From Eledone cirrhosa (lineage: Eukaryota), in the NCBI GenBank assembly GCA_964016885.1, contig OZ024746.1:24614001-24678000 (forward strand): DNA of 64,000 bases. Reading direction: 5' to 3'. The position numbers and the translations under genes are program-made. The notes beneath the pieces were generated by a model. It did not search any database. It saw only the letters and a program-made list of their open reading frames with translations, and had not been told where the DNA came from. Shown in pieces: positions 50,332 to 63,420 of this stretch; the first letter of the stretch is position 1; every line of letters starts with the position of its first letter.

Positions 50332-51080
50332 TTACGTGTCTGTATGTATTTGATTGGAATTCCAACCAGTCAATAACAAAGTGTTTGCGTGTGTTTACGT
50401 CTTTGTATGTGTATGATGGGAATTCCAACAGGTCACTAACAAAGTTCCTTTGTTTAAAGTCAAGACTGTTCCAGGAGATTGTGAAATAAGTCCTACTTAC
50501 TCTCATGTTATAAGTGGACATGCTCCCTAATATACGGATGTTTACGTGTATGTGTGTATGTATGTATGTATGTATGTATGTATGTATGTATGTATGTATG
50601 TATGTATGTATGCATGTGTGAATATGTGTATGTATGCATTTATATACATGTGTTTGTATGCATGTATTCTTGTATGTATATATGTATGCATGAATGTGTG
50701 TATGTATGTATGCTTGTGTGTGTGTGTGTGTGTACATTCGTTTCTTTTAGGGTTTAGTTTCTTAAGCTAATACTATAGCTGACTGGTATTTTATTTTATC
50801 GATCCGTCTAATAATCAATAAAAGAAGAAATCAAATATTCTGGAGTCAGGTAATTCAAAGGGCCGTCTTGTCACACACTCTCACGCTGAAATTCTCCCCC
50901 GATAACTACGTTAAGCGTGCACGTGTCTGTAGAATGCTCAGTCACTTGCATGTCAATTTCCCTTGTTCGAACAACTGGAACACTCGTCGTCGGAACTGAC
51001 TGGGATCCAACATATCATACAACTCGAAATAAATTAGACAAATTAAAACCTATTGTGTGATAACTTAACAATCTGATATG

Positions 51081-51268
51081 TACGAGGGTCGGCTGAAAAA
51101 TGCATAGGTGATGCTAGATTCTAGAGCTGTGAAATTTTGCATGCATTAATTTCAACTCTTCTTATTAATAACTACTCTTTCCAAAGACTATGTTAAAACA
51201 TAAACCTCATTTGGTCATTCCATGAGAGTATCTTGGTCAGCCTATGACCGTTTCAGCCGACCCTCGTA
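51081..51268. mobile_element. Tc1/mariner-type MITE (further copy at 55872-56057)
   Basis: TIRs TACGAGGGTCGGCTGAAA / TTTCAGCCGACCCTCGTA with TA at both ends. Confidence 0.88.
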
Positions 51269-51845
51269 TGGTAAAGTCAGTCTCACATATTTAACGTAGT
51301 GAGCCAAGATATTTGAATTAACTTACATCTTTACGTAGGAGAGGGAATCATAAGACTAATGATTTATTCTGGTTAAGAAAGCCATTGGGAGCAAGCCTGA
51401 CTGTGAACAATAGATTGGAGCGTGAGCCTGGTCTTGGCATTACAGTTACTACTCAAGATATATTTAAATACTCAGGGTCCTCCTCAAAGAAGTATAGTCT
51501 TTATCTTTAACACTTTTCATTCCAAACCACCTAAACCCGGTCCCGGTTCTAAGATATAAAACTATACAATTTAAAGTGCTTATATCTATATACAAACCTT
51601 CAATCTTAATTTTATGTAAGAACATTCGTTAAGTTATATTTCAGAAACCTACGTAATAATGAGAAAATTAGATATATTACTAAATCCTTGCGAACTTTTG
51701 ATTATATTCAAAATTATATGAAAACCATAGGCAATGTCTTCAGGAACCGACGAAGATATACTCGAACGGGGCAAGACCAACACTCGCACTTCTAAAACAT
51801 ACAGCATTTCAATGTTAAGCACAACGGCATTGGCAACTGAAGAAT

Positions 51846-51904
<59 letters not shown>

Positions 51905-52146
51905 ATATATACTGATACTCGTAAAATATATACATATATACATATACGAGTATATATATATATATTGTGTGTGTGCTTGTACGTATGTACCTACATATGT
52001 ATGTAAGTATGTATGAATGAGTACGTATGTGTATGTACATATGCATGCATATATGTATGTATGTATATGTGTATGTACATATATGTATACATATATGTAT
52101 ATGTATATATACATATGAATGCAATGTATATGTGTATGTATATATC

Positions 52147-52177
<31 letters not shown>

Positions 52178-52610
52178 ATGTAAGTATGTATATATCAATG
52201 TACATATGTATGCATGCGTGCATATATCCATATGTGTATATCAATGTACATATGTATGTATGCATGCGTGCATATATGCATATATGTATGTTTATGTATG
52301 TGTATATGTATATATATGTATATATGTGTATATATATATATATATAACGGATGTTTACCTATTTGTGTCCATTACTAAATGACTCACCTGGAAATGTGTC
52401 CAAAAAACTACTTACCTACCTACTTATCTCCCCCTACATACCTTGCTACCTACTTAGCTATCAACCTACTTTCCAGCATACCCTGATGTTTTTAGCTAAC
52501 TATCTTTCTATTTACCTACGTATAAATCTCTTTACACACCTTTACGTTTCTGTATTTTTGTCTTAGTACTCATGCACTTCAAATATATATATATATACAT
52601 ACATACATGC

Positions 52611-52656
<46 letters not shown>

Positions 52657-54010
52657 GGTATTTCCGGAGAAAAAGCAAAGGAAAAAAGTGTGCTCTATGT
52701 ATAGAACAGAGCTATTTAACAGAAAGTAAACACAATATATAACTACTCCATTACCAAAGGTTTCAGGACCTTAGACAATATTAACAGGACCTTAGACAAT
52801 ATTAATGTCTAGACCGTAAATATATATAGGGTGTCCCAAAATATATATACACACTTTGATTAGCTGTACAAGCAATATTTATTAGAATGGTGTATACACA
52901 TGTATATAAAACAATACACCCAAACCACCCCCACAAACACACACATACACACACACAAACACACGCATACACACATACACACACACACACATATACACAT
53001 ACACAGACACGCATACATATATAGTTTTAGACGTATCGAACAGCTTGTCTTTCAAGCATGTTATATTGAAAATACGACTGAGCTCAGGTTTGATCATTTT
53101 TTATTGGGGATTGTTCATATTTTCTTACTAGTTTTTTATGTTTAATTTGGAAAACAAACCTTCCTGTGTGTCTATTAATGTTTGGAGACCTTCATAGCTT
53201 CATCTTCAAAATACAAATAGTAATATTAATAGTATATTGGTTATGTGGTCGTAAATGGTCATGTGAGTGGTAGATCATGGATGCTTGATTTCAACTGTAG
53301 AAATTTTCAATCATGGATGCTTGATTTCAAATTTTTCAACTGTAGAAGCAGGGCAGTTTTTATAATTGGTTTCACGTATGATGTCCTATTTTTGGTTTAT
53401 ATTGTTGCTTGCTGTGGTGAGTCGCGTTACCCCACCATGATATCCAAGTCTATGTAAAGATGGTATTAGACCCAGACCAAAAGCGAAATATGGGCCTCTA
53501 AATCTGGTAATAGGCCGTGGCCAGATATGAAATATTGACCCTTGAAGCTGGTAATAGGTTAAGGTCGATGAAAATTGATAATAGTCTTAGGCCAAATATT
53601 ATATGTATGGTTCGTTTCAAACTACCCATTAAGCATTTTAGAAATCAGTACTAAATACATATGAGTTACGAGTATCTACACGTGTAGAATACAGGAATAA
53701 AAGAATTATAGTGTGACAGGAGAAGTTGGCTCTCTAAAAATCATAGGCCCATACCAACTGTCCTACTTAATCACATTTTCTGTTCTATATCCTCATGGTC
53801 TCTATTTTACATATATTGTATCATTAAAAGACAAATGTCTTTACTGTTGTTGTTTTTTTTATTTGTTTTGTTCAATTAAAAATTAAACAACACTTTAATA
53901 GTACAGTAACTGCAGCAGATGGAAGTCAGTCACACACATTTATATGCCGAATAAGTTACGAAGCGACTTTGTGTAAAATGTCGACCATACTTAATATGAA
54001 ATGATACGCG

Positions 54011-54545
54011 ATGCCCCCCCCCCCCTCCCCACCGCCCCGGCGGACAGAATGGAGAAGGCGTTTCCCCGGAGGCCGGCAAGGGAGACGCGGTGGAAAAGCC
54101 ACTCCAACTCGCGGTGGGGGGGGGGGGTCACACCTGCGGCTGGCCAGCTCAGCGCCTATGGTGGTGAGTAAGGAGGTAGCCCTGGGGCCGAGGACACCAG
54201 AACTCTCCACTGCCAGGAGTACGACCGCAAACCTGTCAGAGAGCGACCTGTATTTGAGGAGTTTCGCCTCCTCAGCCCGACCAGGTGCAGCAGAACCTGG
54301 GTTAGTCGCAGACTGCACCAGGTTGCGGCTGCAGAAAGTGTCGATGCAAGTGGCATCCCAGACGGAACGGGAAGATGGTCATGCCATCTGGCCTTTTGCG
54401 TATCACACCATCTGGCCTTTCGAGGTGGGAAGAGAAGCCTGCAGCACGTCCAAGCCATGCTTTATGACCTCGTTGAGGGCAGCATGGCGTAGAAGGCGGC
54501 CGGCACTGTGGCGACAGGAAAGCGGGTGGAGGCCAAAAGAGTCCT
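54011..54545 (-). mobile_element. Second CRE-like RLE fragment, frameshifted
   Basis: [22 protein letters not shown]...AEEAKLLKYRSLSDRFAVVLLAVESSGVLG; homologous to 45530-45975. Confidence 0.8.
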
Positions 54546-54559
54546 AGGGTATATGTATG

Positions 54560-54654
<95 letters not shown>

Positions 54655-54661
54655 CCACACA

Positions 54662-54700
54662 CTTCTCACCTGAAGAAGGGCTTATGCCCGAAACGTCGTC
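54662..54700 (+). ncRNA. Minimal hammerhead motif of the Penelope pLTR type
   Basis: CUGAAGA-a-GGGC-uuau-GCCC-GAAA-CG-UC with palindromic ACGU stem III; stem I reduced to 2 bp. Followed by an AATAAA-containing tail also present at 31498-31583. Confidence 0.65.
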
Positions 54701-54790
54701 CCCCACCTACCCCCCACTCTCCTGAGCGTGAATTTAATAAACATTTATTGTACTGCCTCTCTGTTCTGTCCCTGTTCAATTTTTCATTAC

Positions 54791-54821
<31 letters not shown>

Positions 54822-55099
54822 CATGTGTGTGTGTGTGTGTGTGTGTTGGTCTGGGTGTGCGTGTGCGTGTGTGTGTGTGTACTTGAAGAAATCCTTGAAA
54901 TATATTGTAACAAATGAAACATCTTAAAACAGAATAACATAATTCGGAAATGTGAAATATATATAATAATGAAATATGATGAAACAATGAAAAGCTACTG
55001 GCTAGTATTTCTAACAACACACATTTATACTACATACATACATACATACATACATACATACATACATACATACATACATACATACATACATACATACAT

Positions 55100-55343
55100 C
55101 ATTATTGGTGCTACGGGTTATATACCAACCCGCTTGGACCAAAGTATGACCGAACTTGGATTTGCGGACAAAAAGCGCAGCTCCCTAATTCATAGTCTAC
55201 AAATGGCTGCGATAGCTGGCACCTTCAAAATATGCAAAACATTCTTGCGATTCAAGGGATGACAATTTCTTTTCTTTTACAACCTTGCCACCAGGAAGGT
55301 GGCCGGTCAAAAAAATATACTCGAAATTAAGAGAAAGAGAAAA
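55100..55343 (+). mobile_element. R4/Dong- or NeSL-like RLE retrotransposon extreme 3' fragment inserted in (CATA)n
   Basis: IIGATGYIP...LG...LQMAAIAGTFKICKTFL resembles the RLE C-terminal IGALG.IP...Q..A..GT..I motif; CATA repeats on both sides. Confidence 0.6.
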
Positions 55344-55379
55344 CATACATACATACATACATACGTACATACATACATT

Positions 55380-55447
<68 letters not shown>

Positions 55448-56219
55448 GAGCAAGCTTTTCGACTAAGAGTGAAAACGGGGATTCTTTGCTAAAGATTAAG
55501 TCGCAATAAGTGTAACGAAAAATTTGACACCAGGAAATAAATGATAAATGTAAAGTATTTTTGAAGGGGTATAATTACTCTTCCGCGATGGGATTACTAC
55601 ACACGCGCGCACACACATATACGTATATATGTGTGTGTATGTATGTGTGTGTGTGTGTGTATATATGTCTGTGTCTTTATATATATATATATATATATAA
55701 AACTGCTCGTGTGTCCACTTCTGAGACACTAGATTTTAACACACGCTAGACATCAGTTTCTTAAAATAAATCTAATAAAAATTATATATTGACTCTACTT
55801 AACATATTAAGTACTTTCGTGTCTTGTATGTAAGTGTGTGTATGTGTGTGTGTATACATACACACACACACTAGGGTCGGCTGAAAAGTTCATAGAGAGA
55901 CTATGAAGGAGTGATGCTTGGCCTGTGTAATATTTCATGCATTAATTTCAACTCTTCTTATTAATAACTGCATTGTTTCTTTCCAGGGACTATGTTGAAA
56001 AATTAACTTCATTTGGTCATTCCATGAGAGTATCTTTGTCAGCCTATGAACTCGTATATATCAAGTATATCAAGTATGTGTATGTATGTATCTATAGATT
56101 TTTTTTTCAGAGTTTCCCCTCTCCCAGAAAGGTGGCAACAACTGGGGGCCTTTCACTCCCATGTGAAAAAAAAAACCTTTAAAACACAGGCTTTGCTTGT
56201 TCGGGAAATGTTATAGCTT

Positions 56220-56830
56220 CGTGTGGCTGGCCGTAGCCTAAAAGTGCACCAAACTTTATAATCTGACAAGCGATTGAAATACTCTTAGCAGAGTTTGCAG
56301 CCATCATCTATAGATATATAGTGAAATCTTGGCCACTCTTTCCTGAAACATTCTAACCATATGCCCATAGTATCGGAGCTGTGATCTCTCAATTCGGAGA
56401 AGTAGCGACTCTACATGGAGCTACTCTCTGATCTCCGAACTATGCGCCCTATCGAGTAACGTTACACCAAAGGCCTTTCGGGAGAACCCCATTTCGTCTC
56501 ATTTTTATTTGCGATCGTATTCTTTCGGTCATTGCTCATGATTCATGACCATAAGTAAGGGTTGACAGGAAAACCGAATTAAATATAGCGAGTTTGGCTT
56601 TTACTCCTACCTCCCCTCTTCTGATGACGAAATGCTGAAGATGGCGCATTACTGTACCATTACGAAGTCTGCCAAAGTACTTTATTTGCTGATCGAAAGT
56701 TGGATTCCAGATTAACCCCCAAAGTCTTCTTGTATCTTAAGTTTGGACACCTTTACTGTCTCTGCTGCAACCTTTTCCGCCTGCTTGTACCGCAAGTACA
56801 AGAAGGAAAACTTATTTCTAAGCCAAGCTT
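56220..56830 (-). mobile_element. Decayed RTE-clade LINE fragment
   Basis: Minus-strand remnants LTYGHE..AMTERIRSQI and LLLRIERSQLRYYGHMVRM match the RTE post-RT region. Confidence 0.75.
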
Positions 56831-56860
56831 TGTAAACCTCCTTCATTATTATTATTAAAA

Positions 56861-57529
56861 ATTGAGAGGGCGCTTGCCCTGGTGGTCAGGGTGGCCGTGG
56901 TCTTTTGTGTGGTTTTCGCCACGAGTAACCTTCGGAGGTTTCCCCCCCCTTTGGGGAATTTTTCATTGTTTCAATTTTCATTTTTATTGTTTATATATAT
57001 ATATATGTTTCTATGTCCTTTTTTTTCTTTTCTTATATAAATAATAAAAATCTTTACACGCACAAAACCCACATCGAACCGTCCTGTACCGTCCTGTACC
57101 GTCCTGTGCCGTCTGTAATGTTTTTCTTGATGTCAGCCCTTGTGGCCAATAAAGAAATCATTATTATTATTATTATTATTATTACAGATACATACTCAGA
57201 GTAGGCCCATTCACTCGGGCCATACTTGCTTCTCTCACCCATCTTTCAACAAAATTCTGGAAAGAGAGCACTTCCCTCTCTACCCTGATTTTCCTTTTCA
57301 AATGAAATTTGAAAAAGTTAATCAGGGCATCACCGAAGAGGTAAGTGCTCGTCTTCAGCCCTTCCCTCGGAAGTCTCCCCCCTATTGGGGAATTTTTCAT
57401 TGTTATTTTTTTGTTACATCCTCTTTTTTTGTTTTTTACACGCAGAAATGCCCATTTGTACCGTCCTGTATTGTCCTGCACTGTCCTTAATGTCTACTTT
57501 ATGTGAACCCTTGTGGTTAATAAAGAAAA

Positions 57530-57575
<46 letters not shown>
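56861..57575 (+). mobile_element. Two tandem 5'-truncated Tx1-like 3' ends within (ATT)n
   Basis: Both end cccttgtgg..aataaagaaa followed by (ATT)n, like the 22-kb element end (gcccttgtggctaataaagaaa). An antisense ORF2 tail piece (FFKFHLKRKIRVEREVLS..FVERW) lies in the second. Confidence 0.7.
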
Positions 57576-58129
57576 GGTTTCTCAAATAGTCATCACGCAT
57601 ATTTTTGTTCCGTAAGATTTGTTGATTTTCACTTGTTTGCATAACCTTTCATGTTAAAACCTTTGTTATAAACTATAAATAGGGTGCCATATATTGCTCT
57701 CAGAAAAGGCGACCCATAATATTTGGCCGAGGCCTAAAATTTTAAACACATTAGGCCAAAGATTCTTTTAAATGGAGACACCCTCTTCTACATTCGCAAA
57801 AGAGTGCAAAAATATATAATACACGTGCAAACCATGACTCTCGATTTCAGCAAATGTCCAAAGAGTAACAACAACAATGTCACCACCACCGCTAAAGATA
57901 CAACCAAGAAGGCCGCCTCCGCCGACAACAACAGCAGCAGTACCAATAACAGTGACAACAACAGCAAAAATGACATCGTATCAACTGCTCAAGTAGCAAG
58001 CCAACCAACAAGCCTGTTAAGCAGTAGCTTGACCACCCAATAAGTCTGCCAATCAGTCAAGTAATGAACGTCATAGTTTCAAGGAAATCAGAAGACGTTG
58101 CCAGCAACATAGAAAGCACACCCATCCAT

Positions 58130-58848
58130 CAATCACTTCTTTTGTTGTGTCAGCATATGTCGACAACGTCACAGTAGTGACGTCGAATACCAAACACTTT
58201 GAGTTGATCGGCACCGCTTTCAAGGAGCAATGATTAACCAGGAAACGTCGGTGGACCTGCAGCTCGGCACCTGAAGAGGCAGGTCCATGCCTCCAACAAC
58301 GTCATCGGGCTCTAGACGGACGGACTGGTTAATTTTGGTTTGGTCTAGAAATCTAAATGAATAAAAACTGGAACGAGGTAACGAGTAGAGTGGCCACTCT
58401 CACTCAGAAATAGGCGGAGAAGATCAGGCAGGGGTGACGAACGCGTACATCGCACCCGTCATCTACTGCCGTCTGTCATAGTCCACATCTGACAACACTG
58501 GAGCATTTGCTCCTTCGCTTTTTGCAGAAGGGACTCGAGCCAGTGGTCAGCGGTCCATTTACTGTCAACACTAACAGTGTGGAAGACTGGGTATGCGCTG
58601 ACGTTCTTGGGAAGACTCTTGGTGTCAACGAGCATCAACTCTCTTTTCCGGAGGCTTTCCATCCAGGGCACAGAGATAACTTCCAGAAATCCCTTGCCTG
58701 GCTGTGCCTTCGGGGAGCAGTGCATGTTCGAAATAAATTCTATAAGCATGGCAGTGTCGTCAGCCGAATCTGTCCGAGATGCGCGCAGGGCGACGAAACC
58801 GTTCTGCATGCACTCGATGTGTGTCCGGATATTGCTCGAGGAAATTAG
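58130..58848 (+). mobile_element. Heavily decayed Tx1-like ORF2 fragment
   Basis: SAYVDNVTV (YADD-like), then FHPGHRDNFQKSLAWLCLRGA...CPRCAQGDETVLHALDVCP, homologous to 22581-22841. Confidence 0.8.
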
Positions 58849-59251
58849 CATTTTCTGGTATGTTTACATGTCTACATATTAAAAGTGTGTATATTCATAT
58901 AGACATTGGTGCAGTCTCCATTATGCACCGTGTGTATATACAGATATAACTTTATACATGTATATACATATATATATATATGTGTGTGTGTGTGTATTAT
59001 TTTGTGGAAGTATTCATTTGTTTACATTTTCGATTGCTAGATCTATTTATATAGTCTATCACTATTTAGTGTGACTGCGAGAGTAAAATATATACGCAAA
59101 ACTCTATATATATGTTCTTATGTAGATAAATCTACCAAAATATACGGTAGTGTCCAATCCGTATGAAGAACTCAATGTAATCCAAATATCATGAAAAGAG
59201 AAGATGTATTCAAAATTTTTTTGATGAAAAAGACAGGAAAACGGAGTCAAG

Positions 59252-59648
59252 ATAAATTAATAAAAATAATGAATAAAAACAAAGAAACAGTTCCTTATAT
59301 TAAAAAAATCATCATTTTACGATCGTTTCTAGGATATATATGTGTGTGTTGGTATGTATATCATATAGATCTATGTAAAAGTTTTACAAACTATCAGAGG
59401 GAATATACATACCTACACATATATATGCTGTCTAATGATTATTTCAGAAATAAGGATTATTTCTGAAGACAGCATATATATGTGTAGGTATGTATATTCC
59501 CTCTGATAGTTTGTAAAATTTTTACATAGATCTATATGATATACTTACCAACACACACATATATATCCTAGAAACGATCGTAAAATGATGAAATGTTTAA
59601 TATAAGGAACTGTTTCTTTGCTTTTATTCATTATTTTTATTAATTTAT
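59252..59648. mobile_element. Foldback of about 400 bp (about 180-bp arms) containing a long-stem-II hammerhead
   Basis: Arms are reverse complements with few mismatches; centre ttcagaaataa-gga-ttatttctgaa. Confidence 0.85.
59456..59589 (+). ncRNA. Type I hammerhead motif with a stem II of about 100 nt
   Basis: Stem I AUUAUUU/AAAUGAU; CUGAAGA (59463); stem II includes AUAUAUAUGUGU/ACACAUAUAUAU and GGUAUGUAUAU/AUAUACUUACC; GAAA (59571); palindromic stem III ACGAUCGU; GUA site. Confidence 0.68.
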
Positions 59649-59828
59649 ATGTTCTTATGTATTTTTATTTGTGTTTGGGTGTATATATGTGTGTATTCGT
59701 GTGAGTGCAAACGGGAGAATTTAGGAGTGGCATATAACTATGCACTACTCAGTACTAATATATATGTCCTGTTCTACCAACCGAGGTGCGTCTACTTGCG
59801 CAATTGACGTATGCACTGTTTGCCATAT

Positions 59829-59864
<36 letters not shown>

Positions 59865-59871
59865 ACACTCA

Positions 59872-59996
<125 letters not shown>

Positions 59997-60579
59997 CCAA
60001 AACAGGGCGTGCTCAGGACAAAGACAACGGAAAGACTAACGGAAAAACGGACATTCCCATCTCCTCAATCAACGTCTGGAAATCAGCACAGTTTCAATAC
60101 ATTAAGATTGATACTGATTATTCCAGTGATCCTTGGTGTGGAACAAAACAGGTAAAGACGAAAGCAGGACAAGTTATGCCTTTCGGCGAATTACACACAT
60201 AAAGACAAAAAAGAAGAAATGAAGTAAAAAAGTGTCAAAAAAAAAGTGTCAAATGACAAAGAAGGGAGAGAACGGAGCCAAAGGAGAAAGAAATTATAGA
60301 AAGGAGAAAAATAGAAAAGAGAAGGGTGCACTACAGCCCAACGTGCAGGCAAAGAAGAATAACTCTGAGGCGTAGAAAAGGTATAACAAAGTCATCGTAA
60401 TTTAGTGGATATAGGCTTGATAATGATAGAAGAAAATGATTGTAATAGATTTAAATGAATCTAAATTGAGCTTTGACAATGATCAGGAGAAGTTCGAGGA
60501 TTCAAGCATATTGTAATCAAGGAATTATTAAATCAATTGTTTGTTCTAAGCTCAATCATGTTTTACGAGTACTATGGTA

Positions 60580-60630
<51 letters not shown>

Positions 60631-60801
60631 ATATAGATAGATATGTCTCATTTGAAATAATACAGCCAATTTTCCACGCAATACTTTTAGTTAGCACCCC
60701 GAACACATAATTGGGAATATAATCACTTATTTCCTAATGTTTGTTGAGTGAGTTGAAATTTGGCCGGAGTATCGCTAAAAAGCTTTCTCCGATATTGTAT
60801 T

Positions 60802-60873
<72 letters not shown>

Positions 60874-61194
60874 GTGGTAACAGATTATTGTTATAGGTAG
60901 TCCACTTAAATGATTCTTACGGCCACCAGACCTACACTGTTTAAAGCCACCGGCTTATCTTTACACTATATATAATACACCCCATGACAGCTTTAACATG
61001 TCAATTTTATACATCTGCCTCATGTCAGCTAGTTTTACACGCTAAAATCGTAGATATACTATACTTCCCACCTAGATTGATGTTGTGATTATTTCAAATA
61101 ATTTATTGCTAGCATTGTTAGTATTGTTGTTATTGTTCTGATTGAATGCCATTACTACTATATATAGTAGCCATGCCTGTATATTCCTTTCATT

Positions 61195-61315
61195 CTCACA
61201 AGCTCTGATGAATTGACTGGTTATAACTTTGTATTGGTGATCGAATAACGTGAAAACAAGCGGGTAGCGGTCTCTAGAGACCTACCAGTTCAGAGAAACA
61301 ATTGTCAGCAATGAG
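61195..61315 (+). ncRNA. Type I hammerhead motif with an 83-nt branched stem II
   Basis: Stem I CUCA-caa-GCU / AGC-aa-UGAG; CUGAUGA (61205); GACUGGU/ACCAGUU helix; GAAA (61295); palindromic stem III ACAAUUGU; GUC site. Confidence 0.62.
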
Positions 61316-61404
61316 ATTAAAAACCTTTTTTGTATAGCAAACCGTGTCACTCTTCTTTCCTGATTTATATATATATATATAAATTTTACATATATATATA
61401 TATA

Positions 61405-61790
61405 TGGAAAGTTATATTTAAATTGTTGGGTTACAACTAGTAAATATTTATAACTGATATAAAAGCACTCGACAAGTATTTGGAGTATATTTACGATATT
61501 AAATAAATGGAAACTATATTTATAAAACCATATTTATTTCATTATATATATTTCAGGGATATCATATTAACAATATGCTATGCCTTCCTCAGACAAAATA
61601 CTGCCAATTCAACTTTTCAAATACAAGTCGATGTTGAACGGTATGTCGAATCTATTTATCTATAAAACTGTTTATATTGTATTTTGTCTGAGGAAGGCAT
61701 AGCATATTGTTAATATGATATCCCTGAAATATATATAATGAAATAAATATGGTTTTATAAATATAGTTTCCATTTATTTAATATCGTATA
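61405..61790. mobile_element. Second family A foldback with two hammerhead motifs (61535-61600 minus, 61680-61745 plus)
   Basis: Homologous to 12228-12628; core CUGAGGA, stem II AGG...CAUAUU-guu-AAUAUG...CCU, GAAA, AUAUAUAU stem III. Confidence 0.8.
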
Positions 61791-61861
61791 TATATATATA
61801 TATATTTATAGTCGATGTGACTGCCACGTTTCTAATATATATATATATATATTACAATAAT

Positions 61862-62045
61862 AATAATTGTTTCTACTTTTGGCACAAGGCCAGCACTTAT
61901 TCCAGTGTATTACTGGTACTTTATTTTATCGACTCCGTAAGGATGAAAGGCAAAGTTAACCTCGGCGGGATTTGAACTCAGATCATAAAGGGCCGTAACT
62001 ATTTGCTGCAAAGCATGAAGTCAGACCCTCTACCGATACTGCCAT
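61862..62045 (-). mobile_element. Dominant tRNA-like SINE, full-length, minus strand
   Basis: Reverse complement of the 27084-27273 type. Confidence 0.85.
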
Positions 62046-62092
62046 AATAAACGAAAGACAGTTACTTTAGACCATGCCAATTTATTCTATTA

Positions 62093-62582
62093 TCTTAACT
62101 ATAATAAAGGAAGGTCTGCGGGATTGCGTCAAGAATATATTTTTTTGCCCCGTTTGTAAAATAAGTTGAATTACTTTGAATAAATAATGAATGAATATTA
62201 CATAATTTATGTGCTAAATTTCGTGACTGTTGATTAAATATATTTTATAGCCTAATCTTTAAAATTCACTTCTTTAAAATTATCAAATGTCAACACTTCC
62301 GGTTAGCGGCCGTTATATTATAACACTTATAATCGCATATATTTCCGTCGCTAATTTTCTCCTAATGCAGTTTATATATAATGTCGTCTTTTTTTTAATA
62401 TATCATGGATTACTGATTCCAGAAGACAGTGTAACATAGACTTTGTGCAATTTCTGTGTATATTGTCAATTACGATTTTATTTGATGTATCGTATTTACA
62501 TGCATATATATTTGTGTATAATATCAATGTACACACTACACATGCTAGCAGAAAACCACCCGTTGTGTGGTTTTTCTGCTAG
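62093..62582 (+). mobile_element. Probable non-autonomous Helitron
   Basis: A|TC start (exact 5' end uncertain), subterminal hairpin AAAACCAC-ccgttgt-GTGGTTTT, CTAG|T end. Confidence 0.5.
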
Positions 62583-62718
62583 TACGTATAATATACTTAA
62601 TTTATTGAATCCGAAAAAATGAAAGGTGATGTTGACCACAGCAAGATTTCAACTCAGAAGACAGTGACCCGGAAAGAATGTCACAATGCATTCAATAAAT
62701 AAGGTATTAATCCCTCAC

Positions 62719-62784
<66 letters not shown>

Positions 62785-63109
62785 AAAAAGAGATGAAATC
62801 GAAAATGTAACTGAAGTCTTATTTTTTTTTTTTAAATATATATATTTATTTGGTTCCTTTACCGGTTTCGCAGTTCTTCTGCTTTTCAAAAGGTGAGTTG
62901 AGATGGAGGGTCTGTGGTTTTTCTCACATCTGCCAAATATCGTCTCTAGTCAAACCCGGCGAAGGATGGGTACTTAAAACACTCAAGACTCAGTATATGA
63001 CGATGCCCCTATGACTCTATTAAAGAGTTATGGCATCAATAATCAGCGATCAAGTATCATTAAACTTGTATATCTAAGATTTCCACATAGAGCCCAGTTG
63101 AATATAAAA

Positions 63110-63420
63110 ATCAGAGCATTTGATAAGCTGTTCAACACATAAAGGTTCAAAACAGATCATTTGATCCTCTGATGAATATATAAAGGTTCAAAACAGATCA
63201 TTTGATTCTCTGTTGATTACATAAAGGTTCAAAAAAGATCATTTGGTTCTATGTTAGATATATAACGGTTTAAAACAGAGAATATCTAAAATTCAAAGCA
63301 GGTCCCTCAACGCTTTATTGAATAACAAAGTTTTAAAATATAGTGATTAAATTTCTGTTGAATATCAAATTATTTTAATAGACTCCTCATTTATCTGTTG
63401 ATTATCTAAGGTTTAAAGAC
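63110..63420 (+). repeat. Degenerate minisatellite with units of about 40 bp
   Basis: Unit like ataaaggttcaaaacagatcatttgat.ctctgttga; clearest at 63139-63275. Confidence 0.75.

Noticed and set aside
63160-63200. CUGAUGA within the 40-bp minisatellite as a tandem ribozyme
   Set aside because: Present in one unit only, with no GAAA or stem II.
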